Shown here in pieces: positions 21,199 to 31,431 of a stretch of DNA of 64,000 nucleotides. Positions within the stretch are counted from its first letter, which is position 1, and every line of letters begins with the position of its first letter. A program made the translations under genes and the position numbers. The notes under the pieces are model-generated. The model made no database searches and had not been told where the DNA came from. It saw nothing but the letters and a program-made list of their open reading frames with translations. Source of the DNA: Lepidodermella squamata (taxonomy: Eukaryota > Animalia > Gastrotricha); the NCBI GenBank assembly GCA_047495785.1, contig JBLDXI010000057.1, forward strand, positions 124,001 through 188,000. Reading direction: 5' to 3'.

Positions 21199-21957
21199 AA
21201 CTCTTTACTCGTGCTATATCAGAAAAATATAACATATCGTTGAAAACGTAAAATTGAGCCTTATATACTTCATACTTCAGATTGAATGTCAGCAAAAACG
21301 TGTGCAGCATCTTAAACATGTAACAAATGCGCATTCAGGCACATTGATCCTGCTCTGTATTGATGGATGTGAAAATCGTCATCAAAGAATAGTTTGTACT
21401 ACATTAAGGTGTTGATATTCTTTCACCAACAGCATTGATCGATCGACAATCGATGTGTAGTGAAATCTGTGCCTGATTGAATTTACCTGCTTCAACTTAA
21501 TGGTGCTCATAAATAAACAACGAAATTCTAGAATCATTATTATTTATATGATGAAGGTTTGGACCGGGTAGGCATCCTTGTCTTCCATAATTCAAGTGGG
21601 CCGGTAGCAAATCTTTGTCATCATTTGAAAAAACGTCCGAAACAAGAATTTGTGACACGCCCTCATAAATATCGGTCTAAGTCGGTTACGTTTCCATGTT
21701 CACATGCTCTTAATGGCGCCACCTTAGAACGTTGATTGCGGTTGTATATAGACTTCTATGTCACTTAATAGCCTGGGGCATTAAATCCACATCGCGATAA
21801 GGTTGCTATTCTGGGAAACAAGACAGTTACTGATTACAGAAACGTACTTAGAATTGCGCATGGAACACCTAAATAGGTTTGCTAAAACGCCCATCGGAAA
21901 CGCCCATGTGGTCAATAAAAGAGCCTCTGCGATTGGCAAAATTGCAAAGAAGTTAAA

Positions 21958-22584
21958 ATGCATCTAATTGACAGCTTGATTTTGTGTTTCGCGGCATTAG
22001 GCTTCGTCCAGCCACGGTACACCGGGCCACAGTACTATTACGCCAGTTGTACATTAAGTAGCGACTGTTTGCCCAGTGACCAGTGCGTTAGCAAGCTGTG
22101 CTACTCCTCAACCGGGGCATGGACCTATGGCCGATGCATCTACACGAGCGATTGCTTCTACAATGACAAATGCGTCGGTGGAATCTGCGCCACCAAGAAC
22201 CCGGCGAATAACGATGTTGGTGCCTATGTAATTGGGAAGTGTGACGGTAGCACTGGCACCTATTCGTGCCGTGCGGGCGACCAATGCGTGCAAGGCACGT
22301 GTTTCACGAAGAACTCGCCGAGCGACGGTTCTACCACTCAGAAACCGTGGTCGACAACAAGCAGTAGCTGGCCTGCTGCGTCAACATCTGGTGCTGGCGG
22401 TTCAACATCTGGCCCCCAAGGGTCAACAAACTGGGGCACGGCAAGTGTAGGCTTGTCAACTGACAAACCAGCTTCGACGAATCCAGGCTCAACTAATGTC
22501 CTGTTGACAACACGTCGCGATGGCTCGTCGAACTGGCCAGCTGCCACCACGCGAAAGACGAGGAGGTCTCAAAGAAAGCTTTAG
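21958..22584 (+). CDS. Secreted chimeric protein C: 3 Cys modules + Ser/Thr-rich tail
   Basis: Signal peptide like 19368; GPQYYYASCT...CVGGICATK nearly identical to 22903; tail STDKPASTNPGST...RRSQRKL like 19368. Confidence 0.9.
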   Translation: MHLIDSLILCFAALGFVQPRYTGPQYYYASCTLSSDCLPSDQCVSKLCYSSTGAWTYGRCIYTSDCFYNDKCVGGICATKNPANNDVGAYVIGKCDGSTGTYSCRAGDQCVQGTCFTKNSPSDGSTTQKPWSTTSSSWPAASTSGAGGSTSGPQGSTNWGTASVGLSTDKPASTNPGSTNVLLTTRRDGSSNWPAATTRKTRRSQRKL

Positions 22585-22902
22585 AGGCATGACGACGAAT
22601 CAGACGAAGAATGAATTGCTTGCTTTATGATCTGCTTTTATTAATCTGCTACCCATTAAAATTAGCCTTGGCATTCTGATTATGGTGTCTTCTCATATTT
22701 TCCGGTGCATACCTTGAATTGCCGCCTTGCCACCCACTAATTGCTCTAATCTCGGGCGCTATCGCATGAGATACTTCATATCTGTTTTCACACGCCGGAA
22801 TTCATGTGTCTGGTTAGATAGGCACGACACCTACCACGCAACATTATTGGGGCATATTTAAGCTACGAAATACAGTGGAATTGTTGTACAATTGTTTGGA
22901 AA

Positions 22903-23412
22903 ATGTATTCTACTCTTGTTTTAGCCGCTATTCTCGCTGTCGCCAGCGCCGGGCCACAGTACTACTACGCTAGCTGTACGTTCAACAGCGACTGCTTGCC
23001 CGGTGACCAGTGCGTCAGTAAGCTGTGCTACTCCTCGACCGGCGCATGGACCTACGCCCGCTGCACCTTCTCGAGCGACTGCTTCACCTACGACAAGTGT
23101 GTTGGTGGCATCTGCGCCACCAAGTCACCGGCCGATGACGACAACGGCGCCTACCCAGTGTCCACATGCACATTCAACAGCGACTGTCGCTCTACCGAGA
23201 AATGCATCGACCGCGTCTGCTGGACTAAATCCCCACTATCGACATCGAGCAGGCCAGGCTCCACAACGACTGGCCGTTATACGACTACCACCACTGCTCG
23301 TCAAACCACAACTACTCCACGTCAGACAACGACTACCCCACGTCAGACGACTACAACCCCTCGCCAGACAACGACCACTGCTCGCCAGTCAACGACTACA
23401 TCCCGCCGCTGA
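22903..23412 (+). CDS. Secreted Cys-rich repeat protein D with Thr-rich tail
   Basis: Signal peptide MYSTLVLAAILAVASA; three modules; about 5-6 units of a 21-bp TTTT[PA]RQ repeat (23281-23400). Confidence 0.9.
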   Translation: MYSTLVLAAILAVASAGPQYYYASCTFNSDCLPGDQCVSKLCYSSTGAWTYARCTFSSDCFTYDKCVGGICATKSPADDDNGAYPVSTCTFNSDCRSTEKCIDRVCWTKSPLSTSSRPGSTTTGRYTTTTTARQTTTTPRQTTTTPRQTTTTPRQTTTTARQSTTTSRR

Positions 23413-23676
23413 AAAATTGAACTGTGCTGTAATTGTTGATTCCATATTCCAAATGGTCACGTTATTTAGTAAATCTTGCAGATGATTTCAGCCGTTCATT
23501 TGAACCTATTAATCATAGCAATGGAATACCTTGTCAGTTCAATATAGCTTCAAACATGTACTGAATAAGTATACTTATTATACTTGGGAATATTTTCGCA
23601 GCAAACGTTACTTAACTAATTCCTGTTTTTAAATTGAGGTCATAGGTCATAGTCAACTTATCTTTATAATACAGCT

Positions 23677-24155
23677 AACTTAAACTTAAACTTAAACTTT
23701 ATTGACGTGCAATTATCATATGCACATAGTAAGGCATACTTATCATAGACACTCAAGTGTTAATCTAGTGGCTATTACTGGCCGAAGGTAGAGGATGTCG
23801 GGTTTGCTGCGCCGTATAGGGTGTGAACCAGAGGGTGTGATGTCGCAGATCAACGGGTATTGCTGTCCGTGTCGGCGTCCATCTTTTGCACCATAGAACT
23901 TTTGCACCGTGCGACACTGCAAGCTCCATTGGCACCATACCGACCTAGAGTGTCGTGAGGCTTCGCTCGGCTATTGCTGACCGAGGTGATTAGTTCCGAC
24001 GAGAAGGATCGGCGACCGATGGTATTGCTGCCACTCAGCCGGAGCAGTAGGGGTAAAGTGCTCTGCTCAGTTACATACGCGCCGTGACTCGGAGACGAAC
24101 CACTGACCTTCAGAGAAAGCACAGCGGACGCTTAACCACTAAGCCACGTTCTCCC
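23677..24155 (-). mobile_element. tRNA-derived SINE-like element
   Basis: Pol III A-box TGGCTTAGTGG (24146-24136) and B-box GGTTCGTCTCC (24101-24091) in a tRNA-like head lacking a proper acceptor stem, then GAGCAGAGCACTTTACCCC (SINE-core-like) and a (TAAGTT)n tail near 23700-23677. Confidence 0.6.
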
Positions 24156-25578
24156 TAACTAACGTCCAGAGTCAGAGAAAAATTTGAAAGAACGATCGCG
24201 GAGAGCAGCTTTCGCAAATGTAAATTGCTACCTGTGGTCGCGGAAACGCGGAACGAAACAATTCAGATCAAAATTCATTCGTATCTTTGTGAGGAAAAAC
24301 ACCACCATCAAACCTGCCTAACGAAACCCTTAGGCTCTTCAAGCACGAATTTGGCTAAAATATTAAAGACGGTTGGAAATGGGGAATGGGGGCGAAAATC
24401 TGGAGTGTATCTAAGCGAAGGTCGCTGTTGGACCAAGTCGCCATACCTGGACCCGCTACATAATACAGTGCGTTTCAGAATTATGTGACCAGTACATCCT
24501 TGTTTGGCGAGATTTTTTTCTTGTGTGCTGCATATTCACCATGTTTACAAAGCCTTTATTGGTATCACGCTAATCAAGTCACAAATACGCCGTATTGCAT
24601 CTATAATCGCAGGAATTTGCTTGAAAAAATTCAGGAGTTAGGCTGTTTCCGGCTATGATTCCGTAAAATTCCGAGAGAGCGGGTAAAATTGAGCAATGTA
24701 GTAAACTTGTGTTGCCGATTTTTAGGGCGATCACGCAAACCCAATAAGCATTTGATTCCTAATCCTGTCTTCAACGCAGACTTCGGAGGAAATTCGGAGA
24801 AACTCACTTTTGGTTCCAACATTTATGCGATTATTTCGTAAAATTTCGAGAATTCTTTCGCATCGTGCAGCACTTCGAAACAGAATTCAATTTAGGCAAA
24901 TTTAATCATGGCTTATTAAGCGGCTCATTTTCATTCGTTTCTTAATGAGGGAGAAAGAAACGCAAATGAGCCCCTCACTAAAAAATGTTGAGAGACTGCA
25001 ATCATGCCAGTTTTATGGGGTAGTAATATGAGCAGCAGGCAGAAAAAAACTAGGTCACCATTTCTTATGACGACACGTCGACAAGCTATTTATAGCCAAT
25101 TAGTTTCAATCTTCCCTGTTACTACATTCAAACTTCTCTGTTACAACGTGCCAAGCTACCAAAAACTACTGACCCGACTGAGCGACTCAAACGCTTTGTT
25201 AATTCATTTGTCATCTGTGAAACAGTCACTCTGAACCGAACAACGGCATACTTTTTAAAGTGATTGCCGGATTTCGGAGATACATACATGCCTTGTGACG
25301 AAGCGATGTGCAAGCAAGAAATTCGTCTCGCCACCTGCTCAACCAGCGAAAAAATCATTAATGCTGTTAATGCTGATGCGTTCGCATTAATTAGTAAATC
25401 AGGCAGTTAATCCCTGGCGTTTGTTTGCACCAATAATAATTTGGATAGCTGGAATACCTCATCAGTACATTTTTGTTTCGGATTATTGGAAACGAGGTAT
25501 TTGTTTACGGGGTGTATTAATTAGGCGAAATTTCGAGATATTACCACATCATTTTGAGCATTTTAACAAGCATTAGCC

Positions 25579-26229
25579 ATGTTTAGCCGCGGGATATTCG
25601 CAGTTATCGTTGTTCAAATAGCAGCGAGCTATACCCGACTTAGCGACTCAAAATACACCTATGGCCGGTGTACGTTTCAGAGTGACTGTTTCACAGATGA
25701 CAAATGCATGAGCAACACGTGTTACAGCAAACAGCCTGTCACTAACTACGGCAAATGCACGTTGAATAGCGATTGCTTTTCTGGAGATAAGTGTCTCGTC
25801 AGCCTTTGTTACAGCAGAAGTCGAAAAGTAAAACCACAGCACGACAACAACTTCATGATCGCTAACCAACCTGCTACTGGTGCTACTTATGGGATGTGCA
25901 CTTTTCAGGGTGATTGCCTTTTCGGTGATACATGCCTGATGTCGAAGCGATGTGCCAGCAAGAAATTCGTCCCGCCACCGTACGGCAAATGCACATTCAA
26001 CAGCGACTGCTTAACCAGTGACAAATGCATCGCAGGTACATGCTACGGACGGAATACGGTTGTTCCTGCGGCGAACAAGCGTGCTAACTCATATTCGGCC
26101 ACCCAGTTCTCTGGAAGCAAGGACTTTTCGAAATGTACATTTCAAAGTGACTGCGTCAGCGGCGACAAGTGTATAGCAGGCAGTTGTTACAGCAAGAGAG
26201 TGACTCGTTTTTCAGTCAATCAGCCATAA
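25579..26229 (+). CDS. Secreted Cys-rich repeat protein E (5 modules)
   Basis: Signal-like N-terminus; five C-x5-C-x5-C-x4/5-C modules with basic linkers (RSRKVK, NKRANS). Confidence 0.9.
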   Translation: MFSRGIFAVIVVQIAASYTRLSDSKYTYGRCTFQSDCFTDDKCMSNTCYSKQPVTNYGKCTLNSDCFSGDKCLVSLCYSRSRKVKPQHDNNFMIANQPATGATYGMCTFQGDCLFGDTCLMSKRCASKKFVPPPYGKCTFNSDCLTSDKCIAGTCYGRNTVVPAANKRANSYSATQFSGSKDFSKCTFQSDCVSGDKCIAGSCYSKRVTRFSVNQP

Positions 26230-26254
26230 AGCAATTACGCCTAACACTAAATTA

Positions 26255-26440
26255 CTCCCTCGATAAAAACACCCTGCCTAAAGGCACTTTCTAATATGTA
26301 GGGCTGTTTACGATCGAAAAGGATAAGCTCCCCTGATGGTGCCAATTGTACGCTTTTTTCGTAATAAATGTACGATGACCTTGATAAAACCACCCCTTGT
26401 TCAAAGAACGGGTCTGGACCCCGTGCCTGTATCGAGGGAG
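26255..26440. mobile_element. Tc1/mariner-type (Stowaway-like termini) MITE
   Basis: TA-CTCCCTCGATA ... TATCGAGGGAG-TA: perfect 11-bp TIR with TA target duplication; inserted just after the stop of gene E. Confidence 0.8.
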
Positions 26441-26735
26441 TACTGTACCCCGATAATTTAATTGAAGTTAAACCCCGTTCTCGCTTGTCTATAATGCCCT
26501 AATTTGGCTGTAAAGTTCAGAGCCGGAAACGCTATTCACCCAATCAAAACTGCTGATGAATCACTTTGACAAACATAAATAGTATGCTGTTGTGCCCATG
26601 CGAGGCTATTCTATTGCAAATAACGTTACGCACGACTTGAGGAAATTGAGCACAGCAGCCGTGCAGATTTTTAGCAGAAATCCTCGATCTGGATTAGCTA
26701 TTATATCTACATAAGCAATTTGACAATCGTCAGCT

Positions 26736-27164
26736 ATGTTTAGTTCGGTAGTAATATATGCATTTTTAGCTGCTCAAGTCGGATCATGCTACGCGAGTAA
26801 TAACAACGAATACATTGGCATGATCGCCAACCAACCTGCCAATGGTGCTACTTACGGGATGTGCACCTTTCAAAGTGATTGTCTTTCCGGAGATAGATGC
26901 ACGATGTCGAGTCGCTGTGTCAGTCAGAAATTCGTTTCGCCACCTTACGGAAAATGCACGTTCAACAGTGACTGTTTCACGGCCGACAAATGTATCGCAG
27001 GGACCTGTTACGGGCGGAATTTAGTCGTCGCTGGGGCAAACAAACGAGCCAACTCATTCTCAACGGGCAACGACCTTTCGAAATGTACATTTCAAAGTGA
27101 CTGCTTTAGTGGCGACAAGTGCATAGCAGGTAATTGTTACACTATGAGAATGCTCGCCAAATAA
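26736..27164 (+). CDS. Secreted Cys-rich repeat protein F (3 modules; paralog of modules 3-5 of E)
   Basis: MIANQPAxGATYGMCTFQ..., PPYGKCTFNSDC..., NKRANS and SKCTFQSDC shared with E. Confidence 0.9.
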   Translation: MFSSVVIYAFLAAQVGSCYASNNNEYIGMIANQPANGATYGMCTFQSDCLSGDRCTMSSRCVSQKFVSPPYGKCTFNSDCFTADKCIAGTCYGRNLVVAGANKRANSFSTGNDLSKCTFQSDCFSGDKCIAGNCYTMRMLAK

Positions 27165-27504
27165 AACTATGAAACCAAGTCATTGCCTGAGGTTGTAGCC
27201 ACATTGTGTAACAACTTGACTTTCTGACGTTTCTGACGTTCGAGTTCATTTTCCTCTCATAATAGCTGACCTATGAAAACGGTATTAATCGGATTTAACG
27301 TTAATAAAAGCTCGGTTTCTTATTTCACTGAAACTCTGACTGTAAGCGTTCTGTCACATGCACCATTAGTAGCTTATTTTTCTATGAAATCACTTTGAAA
27401 TCTGAAACAAGCCTCTCGTGTTTATCGGAAGTGTGTCGCGCCTACGTCCCATAGATGTTAATCTGTGCAATTTTTCTGAGAGTTGGAATATATTGAAAGA
27501 AATT

Positions 27505-30283
27505 ATGGAGCTACTTATAATGACATTCGCTAGCGTTTTGCCGTTAGCCTCCAGCCTGGTACCGATGAATACACCAAGGCCGCGTTACGCAATGTCAACC
27601 GTATTTTCAAACTACTTGAAACTTTCCAACTCATCTCTCGACATCGAACTGCCGAAATATGTCGATATAGTAGGTGAGGGTCGAAGGTATATTGTCAAAG
27701 TAGTCACAAGCGTAATTTACAATTCGCCCGACTACCCGATCGGGCCGGTTTCTACGACGACAGTGAGTTTCGCCCTAGACCGCCTCCGAACTTTACCAAA
27801 TTGGTTGCCGAACTATGAACTTGTGTTCGAAATCATTGATGACCAGGTAAAGCCGTCTCTTTTTTAATAATGAAGTTAAAATCCGGCTACAGTGCACAGA
27901 TGACGTTACGGTCAAAGTCATTACTGAAATACTAAGAGAAAATGGAGACGTGGAAGACAGATTACCTCTTATGGCCCTAACGGAATGCTCCGCCCAGCCG
28001 CAATCCATATCTGCTTTAATGGCTAAACCTAACAATATGATTGCTGTAAGTTGCTTAGTTATGTCTCTTCGACGAGATTCAATTAATAAAATTGCGAAGA
28101 TATCTGCCTATGCGAGCGATACCAAGCTATTCTTCGAGCGGGGAAAATTCTCAAATTACATACCTTTAGGGGAGCGAGGTGACTACTACTGCTTGGCCAT
28201 GGCAGATTTCATTGCTAAAATGGGTTGGAAACGTGTTGCTTTGATTTCGGATACGCACCTGTATGATAACATGGTAATAACTCATTTTGAAGGCAATCAC
28301 TTTATTCGATATTTTTTGCAGCTGGACGCTAGTTTTCTCGATGCGCTAGATCGTCGAAACATGTCGTTAGTATATTACGGCAAGGTTCCTCTGGGATCGG
28401 AAAATGAAGAAGAATTGGATACAACATTCAAAGAGCTGGCTAGATCTCAACCCAGAATTATTGTACTCCACGTTTATGGTATTCAGGTGACGATGCCCTG
28501 CTTCCTACATCGCTACGGTCTTCACGGGCCAAGTTACGTCATCCTCACATTTTCGTTTCTCCTCTCATTTGATGAAAACTCCCCCGTCCCTCCTTTTCTT
28601 TCACACTGGTGCAGCCAAGGCATGTTCGCCGATGTTTTCAGCAGTTTCATATTTGCTGCCGATGCGCCCCTTAGCGAAATCTACGGCGAAAACAAAACAG
28701 ATTCAAGCGGGGTTACATTAGCAGACTTTTACAACCATTTGACCTCGACGGTTGATAGCCCAGAGAAAGCAGTCGGCTGGGACTACTGGGGTCCGGCATA
28801 CTACGACCGCCACATGGCAATAGGGCTAATATTGAACGAAACAGAAAATATTCTGCGAAGCAGTAAGCTTTTCTACTCCACGTCTTATTATTCTAATATC
28901 GTTTATTCTACCAAGGAAACTCTAGCCTTTCGGATTGGACAACGTCCAAACTAAAACTAAGCATGGTAAACAGCTCTGAAATCTTAAAAGTAATTGAGAA
29001 AGCGGCAGGTGCTTTTTCGTTTACTGGCTTTAAAGGCGAATATTCATACGACGTTGCAACCAAATGGTCCTCGGGTTGTATGCCGATTATTTTTCGGCAA
29101 GGCGTTATCGATATCGTGAATGGCTCGACGAAATCGCGAACTCAGATGGTTGGATACTACAAATCCAACGAAAAACCTAACGGACCGATGATTATTCTAA
29201 GGGATCGATTCGCGTGGAAGACTTTCAATAAGCAACCTCCAAAAGATGCCTTGGTTGTAGAGAGGGTAATTGTTCCTCAGATTTCGGAAGGGGCTAATGT
29301 CGCAATGAAAGGTTTTTTGTGATGATCAGAAGTTATTTCCATCTTTCTCTTCTTTTTATTCAGCTTTGGCAAGCGTCATAACGATCTACATGCTGCTATT
29401 GGTATTGGCGTACAAATTTGGCCGTCTTAGGCCACTCAAAACCAGCGATTTGATTAGCATGTTTGGAAATATTGCTATTTTGTGCTATGTCTTCGCGGTT
29501 TCTCCTGGTCTCTCGAGCGATCTCCAAATCAGCTGTACTGCATCGATAATTTTCATATTGTCCGGTTCTGTCATCCTTTTCTATGGTTTACTGCTGAGAT
29601 TGAGACCTGACGAACACCTCAGACCATTTCAAATTTGGGAGGGAATGCTGCTAACATCAATTCCTTTATTCGTCGCAAGTTTGACTTTGAGCCCTGTGAA
29701 ATCAGCACCATTCTACTATCCTATCAAACAGTCGACTACTGACATGAGCTTGGCTTTTCAGATGGTCCGGTTCGATTGCCAAATCGCTCAATCAATAGGC
29801 GCTTCAAAGACCGCCCTGGGGCTCATGATTGCGGCTATAATTTTGTTCATAGTTTTGCTCGGGCGGACTTTGTTGCTAGCTTTCCTCAACCAATCGCGTT
29901 ATAAGATGTTGACCGCTAAACAGTATCAGTCACTACCGATAAGTCGCGGGGAGTTGCGGCGTCTCAAAGCTCTGACAAAATACTCGTTATTTATTTACTT
30001 CGTTTTTACGATTTTCATCGCCGCCTTGTTGATTGGCACCTTATTTGGAACTGACGGGCGGGCTGTTATAGAACTGACTTCATCTGTTGCGATAATTGTC
30101 ATGATAGCGCACCTGACTGTCGTTACTTCGGATCGTCTTTCGAATAGTGCAGTTCCGGCTGTATCTCGACCGGATACAGGGGTGGCAAATGTGCGAGTTG
30201 GCAGTGGCGGTGTGCGCCAAAATAGCTTCGACGTCTCCAACGCGAAGTTGTCATCTTTTCGGGGCCGTTCACGCCTACACTGA
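27505..30283 (+). CDS. Divergent class C GPCR, GABA-B-like architecture (Venus flytrap + 7TM, no Cys-rich domain), multi-exon
   Basis: Signal peptide; LPNYELVFEIIDDQ|C, KMGWKRVALISD, PRIIVL, C..HRYGLHGPSYV, FTGFKG, WKTFNKQPPKD, then about seven hydrophobic segments with an extracellular-loop Cys (RFDCQ). Confidence 0.8.
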
Positions 30284-31431
30284 ACGCTACTGCTTCCGAG
30301 GCGATATAATGGGTTCTAATTATAAAAAATGTCAGTGCAATAATAGCTCTAATAGAATTTGAGTCATTGTCTGAAAGACTAATGCTAAGATAACGCACCT
30401 GTGAAACGTAAAAATCATGTTTCCCCACTGTACAAAACGTGTTGATGACAAGTGAGCAATCTGGTGTGTGTTATAATAGAATGTAGATTATCAGATTACC
30501 TATCCTATAGAGCAAATAAATGTGCCACATGTGTAAAATCGAACGCAAATTCTAGTTCTATTTTCCGAGTAACTTTTTCTGAATATCTGAAAGCGAATGC
30601 AAACTTGCCTGTTGCAGAATCAAAGCTGGAGCGGAACCAAATGTCATTTTCAATTTTTGAATTATTTTTATAGATAATGGCAGTGCCGCGTTCTGGAAGT
30701 TAGGACCAGGCCTTGTAAAGAATATCGCAAAGATTTTGAGCGTTTCAACAGTTTATTTTGTGTTTTCAAATTAATCGTGAAATTCCAGAATATTCAGTAA
30801 ACGAAGAAGCCAATTTTATTTTGATCGAGCATTTCCTTTAGCTTTGATTAAACCAGGGTGCATTCAACTGCGAGAATCAACGGCAACATTTCTAATTGAA
30901 ATTGGCAGACTTCAAGGAAGCATCAGGTGGGTTTTCAGGTTGATGGTTCCAACAATTTTCGTGAATAATTCAACAACACCTGGCACTCAGTAAATATGTT
31001 GGAATCATCGAATTGTTATGCATCGTCCCCGTTATCTCCAATATAACCATGTTACGCCTCTTCAGATAAAATTCGGCACGAATGAGGCTATCGCTGAGAA
31101 CTTGTTTGATAACATGCTTTTATCATGCTATTATTTACAGTAGTTGCGGTAATTTGTTTTGTTAGCGTGCATGAAATGTCAGGTGTGCGGGGTCAAATCG
31201 CCTAATTTTATTTAAACGCCTAAAATCACAACGTGCGTGATAAAAAGTAATCGCCCAACTATTCCCATCATGTATTGCATGATAAATGCAACGAGATGTA
31301 GCAAAAACGACATTCACGCTTCGTTTTATGAATATATTAACACCTATTCGCGAATAAATGGGGCGGCACTGAGTAATACAGACCGGAATGACAGCACGAC
31401 TCATCATCAGCTCATTCCTGCGAATTCTCAG

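Noticed and set aside
24080-24155. Functional tRNA gene
   Set aside because: A and B boxes present but no convincing acceptor stem or anticodon arm, and it continues into SINE-like body and tail.
16882-27164. Insect-type antifreeze protein identity for the Cys/Thr modules
   Set aside because: No 12-residue TCT periodicity; module length and spacing differ.
31237-31431. 65-aa N-terminal extension of the P450
   Set aside because: Starts at GTG; the membrane anchor begins at ATG 31432, preceded by an acceptor-like sequence.
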